Part shown: positions 1 to 8,744 of the stretch, piece after piece
Position numbering within the stretch: position 1 is the first letter of the stretch
Layout of the letters: every line of letters starts with the position of its first letter
Source of the DNA: an uncultured bacterium
GTDB taxonomy: Bacteria > CAYJRR01
NCBI GenBank assembly: GCA_964372275.1
Contig: CAYJRR010000005.1
Coordinates: 62,001 to 82,765 of the forward strand
Length of the DNA: 20,765 nt
Direction of reading: 5' to 3'
Program-made: the position numbers and the translations under genes
Notes under the pieces: generated by a model
Told to the model about the DNA's origin: nothing
What the model saw: the letters and a program-made list of their open reading frames with translations, nothing else
The model's database searches: none

Positions 1-818
1 GCGCGCGCCAGGTCGTCGAGGTAGGCCCAGTCGCCGGGACGCCGCTCCGACAGGAGGTCGGCGACGGCGGACAGCTCCCGCTGGTAGCGCCACGGCTCGC
101 GGCGAGCCGCCTTGAGCAGGTCGCGACGGACGCGGTCGGCCGGGCGATCGAGCCACTCGCGGACGCGCCGGTCGTCGACCCGTACCTCCGCCGGTTCGAA
201 GCGAACGAAGAGCAATCGGCGGATCAGTTCCAGGGCGAAGCCGAGACGGCTCGGAAACAGCTCTCCGCCCGCGGCGACGGTGGCGCCGGCCGGCGCCGCC
301 GGCCCGGCGGGGGCGGGTCCGGAGGGCGAAACGCCCGGAACGTCTTCCGGATAGACCAGCCGCGCGGCGAGCCGACGCAGGTCGGCGGCGTGCACGGCGC
401 CGCCCCGCGTGATGCGGAAGGCGCCCCGGCGCAGGAAGGCAAGCGTCGTGACGACGTCGTCGAGGAAGGCGCCGCCATGGTCGGCGGTCGGGCCCATGGG
501 CTTGGGCGAGGTGGCCGGAGCGATCGCGTCCCGGCGCGCGGCGGCCTTGATCCGCGCCGAAACGTCGGGAGGGACCGAGTAGCCCGGCGTGAATTCGCCG
601 TCACGCCAGAGGAGGATCCCTTCGCGCTCGAGACGCGCGAGCTTCCGGTCGATGTCGGCCGGCGAGAACCTCCGGTCGAGCGCGCATCGGACCAGCGTTC
701 CGCGGCCGATCCGTGGCCCGGCGGTTGCCGCGCGAAGCAGGGTCCGCTCCAGCGGATCGGCGGCGGCCCACATCTCGTCGATCCGCCGGTCCACCTCCGC
801 CTCCACCCGGTCGGGCAC
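1..818 (-). CDS. XPB partner / helicase-associated domain protein, N-terminal part (runs off the window edge)
   Basis: Not in the ORF track. GTG at 818, 1 nt after the XPB stop, opens an uninterrupted frame: MPDRVEAEVDRRIDEMW...LEREGILLW...FLDDVVTTLAFLRRGAFRITRGGAVHAADLRRLAARL...VREWL. Position and the 'ITRGG.V...DLRRL' segment fit the helicase-associated partners of bacterial XPB; the diagnostic C-terminal domain lies outside the window. Confidence 0.65.
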   Translation of the reverse strand, partial: MPDRVEAEVDRRIDEMWAAADPLERTLLRAATAGPRIGRGTLVRCALDRRFSPADIDRKLARLEREGILLWRDGEFTPGYSVPPDVSARIKAAARRDAIAPATSPKPMGPTADHGGAFLDDVVTTLAFLRRGAFRITRGGAVHAADLRRLAARLVYPEDVPGVSPSGPAPAGPAAPAGATVAAGGELFPSRLGFALELIRRLLFVRFEPAEVRVDDRRVREWLDRPADRVRRDLLKAARREPWRYQRELSAVADLLSERRPGDWAYLDDLAR

Positions 819-819
819 G

Positions 820-2493
820 TCAAACGGCTTCGATTTCATACCGGTATCCCTGCTCCGTCAGGAAGAGCTGCCGTCGCGCGGCGTAGTCGAGCTCGACCGT
901 GTCGCGCGTGACCAAGGTATAGAACGTCGCCGCGGCCGCCTTCGGGCGAAGCACACGGCCCAGGCGCTGCGCCTCCTCCTGGCGGCTGCCGAACGTGCCG
1001 CTGATCTGGATTGCGACGTTCGCGTCGGGGAGGTCGATGGCGAAGTTCGCCACCTTGCTCACCACCAGTCGCGGGATCTCACCCGCCTTGAACTTCTCGT
1101 AGAGCGCCTCGCGCTCCCGCTGCGGCGTCTTTCCGGTGACCAGCGGACAGCCGAGCCTCTTCGCCGTCCGCTCCAGCTGGTCGAGAAACTGCCCGATCAC
1201 CAGCACGTGGTCCTGGCGGTGAATCTCCGCCAGGCGCGCCGCGACCTCCACCTTGATCGGATTCTCGGAGGCGATGCGGAACTTCTCCCGCTTCCCCGCG
1301 CCGGCGTAGCCGATCCGGTCGACCTCGTCCTTGAACGGCACCCGGATCTCGCGGCAGGTCGCCTTGGCGATCCACCCTCTCCGCTCCAGATCCTTCCACG
1401 GGACGTCGTACTTCTTCGGTCCGATCAGGGCGAAGACGTCCTCCTCCTTGCCGTCCTCGCGCACCAGCGTGGCGGTGAGCCCCAGCCGGCGGCGCGCCTG
1501 CAGGGAGGCGGTCGCGCGGAAGACGGGGGCGGGCAGCAGGTGGACCTCGTCGTAGACGATCAACCCCCAGTCCTGCCGGTCGAACAGCGGCAGGTTCTCC
1601 ATCTCCAGGGCCGTCGATCGGCGGTGCGTCAGCATCTGGTAGGTGCCGATCGTCACCGGACGGATCTCCTTCCGGTCGCCGGTGTATTCGCCGATCTGCT
1701 CCTCGCGGAGCGTGGTTCGCGCGAGCAGCTCGTCCTTCCACTGGCGCACGGCGGTGGTGTTGGCGGTCAGGACCAGGGTATGGCTGCCGACGGCGGCGAG
1801 CGCGCCGATCCCGACGATCGTCTTCCCCGCGCCGCAGGGGAGCACGACCACGCCGCTCCCCCCCCGCTCCGAACCGCCGGCGTGGAAGGCGGCGACGGCG
1901 TCGGTCTGGTAGTCGCGCATCGACCAACCCTGCGACGACAGCGCGATCGGTAGCTCGGCGCCGCGCACGTAGCCGGCGAGGTCCTCGATCGGCCGGCCGA
2001 TCCGGATCAGCGCCTGCTTCACATCGCCGCGGTGGGCCGGCCGGATCTGGAGGCGGCGCCGGCCGAGCCGGGCCTCGACGTAGCGGTCCATCCCCTTGGC
2101 GTGGAGCGCCTCGGTGATCAGGACGTCGTCGTCGGCCTCCAGGACGATCGATCCGTCGATCTCCCGGACCAGTCGCAGGCGCCCGTAGCGGCCGATGTAC
2201 TCCCGGACGTCGGCCTCGACGTTGGGGGGGACCTCGTAGCGCGACAAGGACCGCATCCCCTCGAGGATGGCGTCGGCTGAAAGCCCCGCCGCGGCGGCGT
2301 TCCAGAGGGAGAGGGGGGTGATGCGGTAGGTGTGGATCCGCTCGGGGGACTTCACCAGCTCCGCGAACCGGGCGAGGTGGTCGCGCGCCTCCTCGTAGCG
2401 GGCCCCCCCCGTCTCCAACAGGAGGCTTCGATCCGACTGGATGATCAGCGGCTTGTCGTCCCCGAACGACACGTGGACCGGCCGATGTAGCAT
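820..2493 (-). CDS. xpb: DNA repair helicase XPB (Ssl2/Rad25-like SF2 helicase)
   Basis: N-terminal PLIIQSD...FAELVKSPERIHTYRITPLSLWNA, Walker A LPCGAGKT, DEVH, GLTAT, motif VI QRLGRVLRPK. The true start may be GTG at 2472 (VSFGDDKPL), behind TTGACC-17-TACATC at 2484-2512. Confidence 0.93.
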   Translation of the reverse strand: MLHRPVHVSFGDDKPLIIQSDRSLLLETGGARYEEARDHLARFAELVKSPERIHTYRITPLSLWNAAAAGLSADAILEGMRSLSRYEVPPNVEADVREYIGRYGRLRLVREIDGSIVLEADDDVLITEALHAKGMDRYVEARLGRRRLQIRPAHRGDVKQALIRIGRPIEDLAGYVRGAELPIALSSQGWSMRDYQTDAVAAFHAGGSERGGSGVVVLPCGAGKTIVGIGALAAVGSHTLVLTANTTAVRQWKDELLARTTLREEQIGEYTGDRKEIRPVTIGTYQMLTHRRSTALEMENLPLFDRQDWGLIVYDEVHLLPAPVFRATASLQARRRLGLTATLVREDGKEEDVFALIGPKKYDVPWKDLERRGWIAKATCREIRVPFKDEVDRIGYAGAGKREKFRIASENPIKVEVAARLAEIHRQDHVLVIGQFLDQLERTAKRLGCPLVTGKTPQREREALYEKFKAGEIPRLVVSKVANFAIDLPDANVAIQISGTFGSRQEEAQRLGRVLRPKAAAATFYTLVTRDTVELDYAARRQLFLTEQGYRYEIEAV

Positions 2494-2629
2494 TTGCCCC
2501 GCGCGCGGTCAAAACAGGATTCGTGCCGGATCACGGCGCGCCTGGGACGCCGCCTATCCATTGCCGCGGCGGGCCGGAGCGTGCTACCACGCCGACCCCA
2601 TTCTCCCAATTCGTTCGGAGGTTTCGTCG

Positions 2630-4471
2630 ATGAGGACGCTCACGCGCAGCATGGCCGTTCGTTTCGCGGCTCTCGCGACGGTCGCCGCCACGTGGAGCTG
2701 TCGGGACGGCGAGCCGAGCCATCCTTCCGGCGGCGTCGCGGCACGCACCGTCTCCGCCGCTGCCGGCGAGGCGCTGCCGACCCACTTCCACGAAGCGTTC
2801 GACTCGGCCGTCCTCGACCCGGACTGGACCGTCGTTCCGGGGACCCGCGTCGCCCGGTACATCGATCCCGATTCACCGGCGAACGAGTTTTCGCTGTCGG
2901 CGAACCCCGGGCACCTGCGATACGGGTCGGGGCAGATGACCCACGCCGACGGCTTTCTGACCGGTTGGCAGCCGGTCCATGCGGGAAGCTTCCGGACCCC
3001 GGACGGCGTGTTCCACAGCCTGCAACGGGACCCCGGACTCGAGATCCGACGCCGGTTCGGCGGAGACCGGTGGTCGATGGAGGCGAAGGTCGACTATCAC
3101 ATGCCCAACGCACCGCACCTGGTCGGGATCTCCTCGAACGAAGGCCTGAACCAGGACGCGCGCACGCACAATCTCCGCGTCTACTTCGGCGATGGGGACA
3201 CGGGGACACTCTACGTCGACGTGCAACGCTGGGCCGATCGGCGGGACTGCGGGCGGAGCGGCCGGCAACGGACCTGGTGCTATTCGTCGACCTTCTCGAT
3301 CAACGTGGTCGAGAGGACCGGATTCGAATGGAGCCGGCTGCTGGCGTCGACCGTCGCGGGCGCGAGCCACGACTTCGGGAATCCGGCGGCGGCGGACTCC
3401 TCCCATTGGGTGAAGCTGGAGCGCGCCGGCGGCGTCCTGTCCGCACAATGGAGCCTCGACGGATCGACCTGGACCGTCCCCTTGACCGTCGACCTGGCCA
3501 CGCGCCTCGACGGACGAGACCAGCAGCTGGCGATCTCCGGTTCTTCGTTCTTCCAGCCGCTCGGCTCCTACGCCGACTACGACTACATCACCGTGGCTCC
3601 GACGAACCGGCCTCCGGTCGCGGTCTGCCAGGACGTGGAGGCGGCCGCCGACGCGAGTTGCCACGCCGACGCGTCGATCGACGGCGGGTCGTACGATCCG
3701 GACGGCGATCCGCTCGGGTTCGAGCAGACGCCGGCCGGACCGTACGGGTTGGGCCTGTGGCCGGTCGACCTGCTGGTGTCGGACGGGGTCCACGCCGCGT
3801 CCTGCACCGGATCGGTGAACGTCCGCGACCTGACGCCGCCGGCGATCGCTTGCCCGGCGGACGTGGTGGCGGAGTGTACGGCGAACCTCTCCGCGCCGGT
3901 CGCGGTCGGCGCGGCCTCGGCGACCGACAACTGCTCGATCGCGTCGCTCACCGAGGTCGGGCCGGCGAGCTACAGCCTGGGTACGACCCCGGTTCCGTTC
4001 GCGGCGACCGACGGGTCCGGGAACACGTCGAGTTGCGCCACGACGGTGCAGGTGGTCGACACCATGCCGCCGTCGGTGGCGGTCGGCGGGGGGAAGCGCC
4101 TCTGGCCGCCGAACCACGCGATGAAGACGGTCGGGCTGCTCGAGGACTGCGCCATCGCCCTGGACGACGCCTGCCGCGGAACGATCGATCCCGCGACGGC
4201 GGGCCTGCAGATCCTGTCGGTGACCTCCGACGAGGCGGTCGATTCGACCGGCGATGGGAACACCGCCGCCGACGTCGTCCTCGTCGACGCCACCCACGTG
4301 CGGCTCCGCGCCGAGCGCGCGGGGAACGGCGACGGACGGGTATACGCCGTCACCTTCTCCGCCTCGGACCCGGACGGAAACACCGCGAACGGTGTGTGCA
4401 GCGTAACGGTGCCGCACCATCCGAACGCCGCCGCCGTCGACAGCGGCGCCGCCTACGCCGTCACGCCCTAG
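2630..4471 (+). CDS. Exported (probable lipo-) protein with ConA-like beta-sandwich, HYR and 'LWPPNH' Ig-like domains
   Basis: GGAG precedes ATG 2630; signal peptide ends ...AATWSC; FDSAVLDPDW...WVKLERAGG...WSLDGSTW resembles the beta-xylosidase C-terminal/DUF1349 ConA-like fold; DLTPPAIACPAD...ATDNC...ATDGSGNTSSC is HYR-like; C-terminal LWPPNH...RAERAGNGDGRVY. Confidence 0.75.
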   Translation: MRTLTRSMAVRFAALATVAATWSCRDGEPSHPSGGVAARTVSAAAGEALPTHFHEAFDSAVLDPDWTVVPGTRVARYIDPDSPANEFSLSANPGHLRYGSGQMTHADGFLTGWQPVHAGSFRTPDGVFHSLQRDPGLEIRRRFGGDRWSMEAKVDYHMPNAPHLVGISSNEGLNQDARTHNLRVYFGDGDTGTLYVDVQRWADRRDCGRSGRQRTWCYSSTFSINVVERTGFEWSRLLASTVAGASHDFGNPAAADSSHWVKLERAGGVLSAQWSLDGSTWTVPLTVDLATRLDGRDQQLAISGSSFFQPLGSYADYDYITVAPTNRPPVAVCQDVEAAADASCHADASIDGGSYDPDGDPLGFEQTPAGPYGLGLWPVDLLVSDGVHAASCTGSVNVRDLTPPAIACPADVVAECTANLSAPVAVGAASATDNCSIASLTEVGPASYSLGTTPVPFAATDGSGNTSSCATTVQVVDTMPPSVAVGGGKRLWPPNHAMKTVGLLEDCAIALDDACRGTIDPATAGLQILSVTSDEAVDSTGDGNTAADVVLVDATHVRLRAERAGNGDGRVYAVTFSASDPDGNTANGVCSVTVPHHPNAAAVDSGAAYAVTP

Positions 4472-4487
4472 CGTCGGCCGGTCCGCC

Positions 4488-4516
4488 TTGATCCACATAG
4501 GGATGTGGATTAGACT
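4488..4516 (+). promoter_or_regulatory. Sigma-70 promoter of the TA operon with a palindromic operator in the spacer
   Basis: TTGATC (4488-4493), 17 nt, TAGACT (4511-4516); perfect inverted repeat ATCCACAT-aggg-ATGTGGAT at 4491-4510. Confidence 0.75.
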
Positions 4517-4525
4517 AGCTATCCG

Positions 4526-4753
4526 ATGAAGACCGTCCAGATGACGCTCGACGCCGACCTGGTGAAGGCGGTGGACAAGGTGGCCCGCCAGCTCGGTACG
4601 ACACGGTCGGCCTTCGCGCGCGAGGCGCTCCGGTCGGCGCTGAAACGGATGGCCGACGCGGAGCTCGAGACGAAGTTTCGCGAGGGCTACGCCCGCAAGC
4701 CGGTCCGGAAGGGCGAGTTCAGTGTCTGGGAATCCGAGCAGGTCTGGCCCTGA
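4526..4753 (+). CDS. Ribbon-helix-helix (CopG family) antitoxin
   Basis: MKTVQMTLDADLVKAVDKVARQLGTTRSAFAREALR is a typical RHH pattern; 75 aa; directly upstream of a MazF-type gene. Confidence 0.88.
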   Translation: MKTVQMTLDADLVKAVDKVARQLGTTRSAFAREALRSALKRMADAELETKFREGYARKPVRKGEFSVWESEQVWP

Positions 4754-5064
4754 TCCGGCGCGGCGACATCCGTTGGTATCGGTTCGCCCGCCCCGACAAG
4801 AAGCGACCCGTCCTCGTCCTGACACGTGCGGTGGGGATCGAGGTCCTCGGCGAGGTGACGGTCGCTCCGATCACCTCGACCGTCCGAGGAATTCCCTCGG
4901 AGATCCGCCTCGGGAAGGCGGACGGGATGCCGCGGGATTGCGCGGCGAACGTCGATCATCTGCAGACCGTGCCGAAGGCCAGGATCGGCTCCTTGATCAC
5001 GTCGCTGCCGACGGCTCGGATGGCGGAGGTCCGTGGGGCGATCCTGTTCGCGCTGGGTTGGTGA
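4750..5064 (+). CDS. mazF: PemK/MazF family endoribonuclease toxin
   Basis: The frame extends upstream of the track's 4831 start: (L)IRRGDIRWYRFARPDKKRPVLVLT...VTVAPITST...NVDHLQTVPKARIG...AILFALG, carrying the RGDI, KxRPVLV and PITS MazF motifs. The only start that keeps them is CTG at 4750. Confidence 0.88.
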   Translation: MIRRGDIRWYRFARPDKKRPVLVLTRAVGIEVLGEVTVAPITSTVRGIPSEIRLGKADGMPRDCAANVDHLQTVPKARIGSLITSLPTARMAEVRGAILFALGW

Positions 5065-5069
5065 GGGGC

Positions 5070-5879
5070 TTACGGAAGATTGGCGTCCGCTTCGGACGAT
5101 CCGACCAGCTCGACGCGGCGGCCCTTTCTCGCTCGCGTCGAGACGTTGTACGCCGTCACGGAGACGTACGTCGTCTCGCCGAACGAACTCAGAACGGCCG
5201 GTGGAATCGTGAACGACCCGTCGTCGACGAGAGAACACGCATAGAGTAGGTCCAGGCCACCCTCGACCCAGAGAAACGCGAAGTCCGCATCCGTCGGCGT
5301 CCACGTCAAGTCGGTGCCGACGAGGGCGACCGGATGAGGGCTCGCCGGCTGGCGGAGGGCTCCTTCCCAGGTGCTCTCGTGGCCGATCCGCACGTCGTAC
5401 GCTCCGACGGGGAACGGTTCGGTGCCCGGCTCGACACCGTGGAATTCGCCAGGATCGGTCTCGGTACTTTCGAGCGTCACGCTGGTAGGACCGGTGAGCT
5501 TGATCGTGGAGACCCCGTCTTCTTGTTCGACCGAAACGCTCCAAGGGAGCACCGAGGCCCAATTGGCGCACGCGTCGGTCGAGATCGTTTGAAGCAGGGT
5601 CAGGAGCCCGGATTCCTCCGCCGAATATGGCGAATCGAGCGGCTCATACGACGTATACAATTCGGCGTACCCATCGGAGTACGAGTCCTCGTCGCGATGG
5701 TGGTACCAGAGGCTGACCTCTCCGCCGTAGGGGAGCCCCGTCCCTTCGTCGATCCCGTCTTCGCCGTCGTCTCGAGCGATGCACGAGACGCAGATTGCGG
5801 AGATCGTGGCGGCGAGCAACAGCAACAAGGTCCGAACGCGGCGCTTCGGGGTCGGTTCCTCAATGGACGGACCAAGCAT
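5070..5879 (-). CDS. Hypothetical lipoprotein
   Basis: Basic then hydrophobic N-terminus ending in Cys (KRRVRTLLLLLAATISAICVSC); acidic beta-rich body; C-terminal CSLVDDGSFTIP motif; TAGAAT 7 nt before the ATG. Confidence 0.7.
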   Translation of the reverse strand: MLGPSIEEPTPKRRVRTLLLLLAATISAICVSCIARDDGEDGIDEGTGLPYGGEVSLWYHHRDEDSYSDGYAELYTSYEPLDSPYSAEESGLLTLLQTISTDACANWASVLPWSVSVEQEDGVSTIKLTGPTSVTLESTETDPGEFHGVEPGTEPFPVGAYDVRIGHESTWEGALRQPASPHPVALVGTDLTWTPTDADFAFLWVEGGLDLLYACSLVDDGSFTIPPAVLSSFGETTYVSVTAYNVSTRARKGRRVELVGSSEADANLP

Positions 5880-5907
5880 GAACTCGATTCTAGCCGAGAC
5901 GCGGCGA

Positions 5908-6477
5908 TCAGGAGCACTCTCGAGTGAAGAAGCAGGGCGGCAGCCGCTGAAACGAGGTCGAGGTGTTGATCGTGCCGGGCAGCGGGGTGGGCGAGCTCGG
6001 GATGTCGGCCGTCGGGTTTCCGCCGTTGACCGTCGTCGGGTTGTTGGGCATCACGGTGATCGTGACCGACGGGTCCGTCGAAACCCCGCCGTTGTACGAG
6101 TTCGGATTGTTGGGCGGCCCGTTTGGCGAGGTTCCAGTGTTGACCGTTGGGGTCCCGCCGTTGTTCGTGCCCGAATTTCCGGGCAGCCCATTGGGCGACG
6201 ATCCTCCGTTGGCCGTCGGCCGATTCGTGCCGGGGCCGCCATTCGTCGAAGGTGCGCTCCCTCCAGGATTCGGGCGTGTCCCTCGACCGGCGCCGTTCAG
6301 TCCGATCCCTCCGACCTGGCCGGATTCGAGGATGCGGCTCACGTCGAGCGCGAGCGCCTGGACCCCCGCCGTCCACGTCGGCACGAAGTTGTAGGCGGCG
6401 GAGACGATGCCGGTCACCGCGACCGAGAGGATGAGCATCAACTCGACGCTGGCCTGACCCGACTGGTTGCGCCGCAT
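5908..6477 (-). CDS. Flp/TadE-like prepilin with Asn/Gly/Pro/Thr-rich extension
   Basis: MRRNQSG|QASVELMLILSVAVTGIV matches the type IVc prepilin cleavage pattern (G|Q-x-x-VE plus hydrophobic helix); G-rich SD before ATG 6477. Confidence 0.7.
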   Translation of the reverse strand: MRRNQSGQASVELMLILSVAVTGIVSAAYNFVPTWTAGVQALALDVSRILESGQVGGIGLNGAGRGTRPNPGGSAPSTNGGPGTNRPTANGGSSPNGLPGNSGTNNGGTPTVNTGTSPNGPPNNPNSYNGGVSTDPSVTITVMPNNPTTVNGGNPTADIPSSPTPLPGTINTSTSFQRLPPCFFTRECS

Positions 6478-6505
6478 CGTCACACCCCCCTGGTGTCTCT
6501 TCCGA

Positions 6506-6521
6506 TGCATCGGGTGTTCCA
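6506..6521 (-). promoter_or_regulatory. Putative sigma-54 promoter of the pilin-like gene
   Basis: Minus strand TGGAAC-acccg-ATGCA, exact GG-N10-GC spacing, about 30 nt upstream of the ATG. Confidence 0.5.
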
Positions 6522-6565
6522 TCCGATGGAAATACGCTAGCTGCCCGTCGTATCATCAGATTCGA

Positions 6566-8716
6566 ATGCTGTGGCGCGCGCTGGGCTGGCCGATTGTCGC
6601 AGCGCTGATCACGCTCCTCCTCACCCCATTGCTCGAACCACTGGACCGGCGTGCCTTCGACGCACGGCTTGGGATCCGCCGGGACGGGGGGTGGCCCGCC
6701 GAAATCGTGATGGTCGCGATCGACGATGCGACGCTCCGCGTCCAGGGTCGCTGGCCCTGGCCCCGTGGCCGGCTTGCGTCGCTTCTCGATGCGATCCGCG
6801 CCCACGGCGCGCGCACGGTCCTCTTCGACGCCGTTCCGATCGGGTCGACCGAGCCGGGGGAGGACGCGAGGCTGGCGGAGGCGCTCGATCGCACCGTCCT
6901 CGGCGTCGCCTACGCGCACGACGCCGGCGAAGGGACGGTCCCGGACCTGGAGCGGGCGATGGTCTCGGCCGCGTCGTTCGGACCGGTCTACCGCCCCGAT
7001 CGGCTTTCGCCGTCGGATCGCGCCTTCGCTTCCCGGGCGGCGGCCCTGGGCCACGTCCTCTATCTGGTCGGGCGCGACGGCTACGTCCGGTCGCACGTGC
7101 CGCTGGTCGGCGTGGACGGGCTTCCCGGGTCGTTGCCGTCGCAGGCGCTCGTCGCGTTGACACGGTACCGAGGCATCGATGCGGCGACGATCGCCTCCCG
7201 GGAAGACGCCATCGCCATCGCCGGACTGCCGCCGCTGCGCACGTACGGCGGCGAAGCCTATCTCGATCTCGTGCCGGGCGGATCGGGGCCGCCGCGTGTG
7301 TCCGCGGCCGACCTGCTTCGCGGGACGATCGATCCTCGCGCGCGGGCCGCACTCGACGATCGCCTGGCGATCCTTTACGTCGACTCCGCCCTTCAGCCGA
7401 ACCGGTTTCCGACGCCACTCTCGCCCACGACGCCGGGAGGCCTGATCGCCGCTTACGCCATCCGCTCCATGGCGACCGGGCGCGCGCCGCGTCCGGTGTC
7501 GCGGCGTGCGACGTTGGGTGCGTTGCTGGCGGTGGCCGCGGCCCTCTCGAACCGTGGGGTGCGCAGGGGACCGGCCTTCGCCCTCGCGACGGCCGCGATC
7601 GGGGCGGTCGGAACGGCGGCGATTTCGGTCGCGTTGGTTCCGCTGTCGGACCTCTTCGCTCCGGTCGCCGCCCCGGTCGCATTCTGGATTCTCTGGGGGG
7701 CGATCGTCGCCGCCGATGCCGGTCGCGCGCTGGAACGGGACCGGAGGAGCTTGCGGGCGTTGCTCGACGCGGCACCACCTCCGGGATCGACGCCCTCCGC
7801 CGACGACTCCGCGGAAGATGCGACGACGGTGCCCGTACCGCGTACCGTCGAGGCATCGTCGGCGGGGCCGGAGCTGAAAAACCTCGGCCTCGGGGACGCG
7901 GTTTCCGTACCGGTCGATATCGGGAACTACCGAGTCGAATCGCTCATCGCCCGCGGTGGCATGGGGGCGGTCTTCGCCGCGACCGACCGTCGGCTCGGGC
8001 GTTCCGTCGCGCTCAAGGTGTTGGAGCGCCAGGAGCCGGACGCCTTCCGCCGGTTCCGGCGCGAAGCGATCCTGGTGGCGCGGATCAACCATCCGAACGT
8101 CGTGCAGATCCACGAAGTCGGACTCGATGCGGCCGTGCCCTACCTCGTCATGGAGCTCGTCGCCGGAGGAACCGCCAGCGATCTGGTGCGGACCGGACCG
8201 CTGCCGTGGGAGCGAGCCACTCGGATCATCTCCCAGGCGGCGCGCGGACTCGGGGCCGCCCATCACCACGGCATCGTCCATCGAGACGTCAAACCGGGGA
8301 ACATCCTGCGGGCCGACGCGGACGAGGATCGTGTGAAGGTGGTCGACTTCGGCATCGCCAAGCTTTCGGGGGACGAGGGGATCACCAAGAAAGGAACTTT
8401 CTTTGGAACGATCGGATATCTCTCGCCGGAGCAGGCGCGCGGCGAAGAGGTAGGCCCCACGAGCGACGTCTACAGTCTGGGGCTCACGTGGTACTGGCTG
8501 CTCACGGCGCGGAGCGCGTTCCGGGGCGCCACGGCCCAGCGCTTCCTCGCGAACGTGAGACTGCCGGTGCCCGATCCCCGCGAGCTCGTTCCGGCGATTC
8601 CGATCGACGTCTCCGAGCGGCTCCGGCAGATGACCGATACGGACCCGTCGAAACGTCCGCCGGACGGCACGGCGATGGCGACGGAGCTCGACGCGTTGCT
8701 TACAAGCCTCCTGTGA
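6566..8716 (+). CDS. CHASE2-domain transmembrane Hanks-type Ser/Thr protein kinase
   Basis: N-terminal TM; CHASE2 motifs IVMVAIDDATL...GRWPWPR and DGYVRS; about three TM helices; kinase motifs ARGGMGAV, VALK, HRDVKPGN, DFG, YLSPEQ, SDVYSLG are all intact. Confidence 0.9.
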   Translation: MLWRALGWPIVAALITLLLTPLLEPLDRRAFDARLGIRRDGGWPAEIVMVAIDDATLRVQGRWPWPRGRLASLLDAIRAHGARTVLFDAVPIGSTEPGEDARLAEALDRTVLGVAYAHDAGEGTVPDLERAMVSAASFGPVYRPDRLSPSDRAFASRAAALGHVLYLVGRDGYVRSHVPLVGVDGLPGSLPSQALVALTRYRGIDAATIASREDAIAIAGLPPLRTYGGEAYLDLVPGGSGPPRVSAADLLRGTIDPRARAALDDRLAILYVDSALQPNRFPTPLSPTTPGGLIAAYAIRSMATGRAPRPVSRRATLGALLAVAAALSNRGVRRGPAFALATAAIGAVGTAAISVALVPLSDLFAPVAAPVAFWILWGAIVAADAGRALERDRRSLRALLDAAPPPGSTPSADDSAEDATTVPVPRTVEASSAGPELKNLGLGDAVSVPVDIGNYRVESLIARGGMGAVFAATDRRLGRSVALKVLERQEPDAFRRFRREAILVARINHPNVVQIHEVGLDAAVPYLVMELVAGGTASDLVRTGPLPWERATRIISQAARGLGAAHHHGIVHRDVKPGNILRADADEDRVKVVDFGIAKLSGDEGITKKGTFFGTIGYLSPEQARGEEVGPTSDVYSLGLTWYWLLTARSAFRGATAQRFLANVRLPVPDPRELVPAIPIDVSERLRQMTDTDPSKRPPDGTAMATELDALLTSLL

Positions 8717-8744
8717 GCCCGCGCGATTCGTGGAGCGGCTTGGC

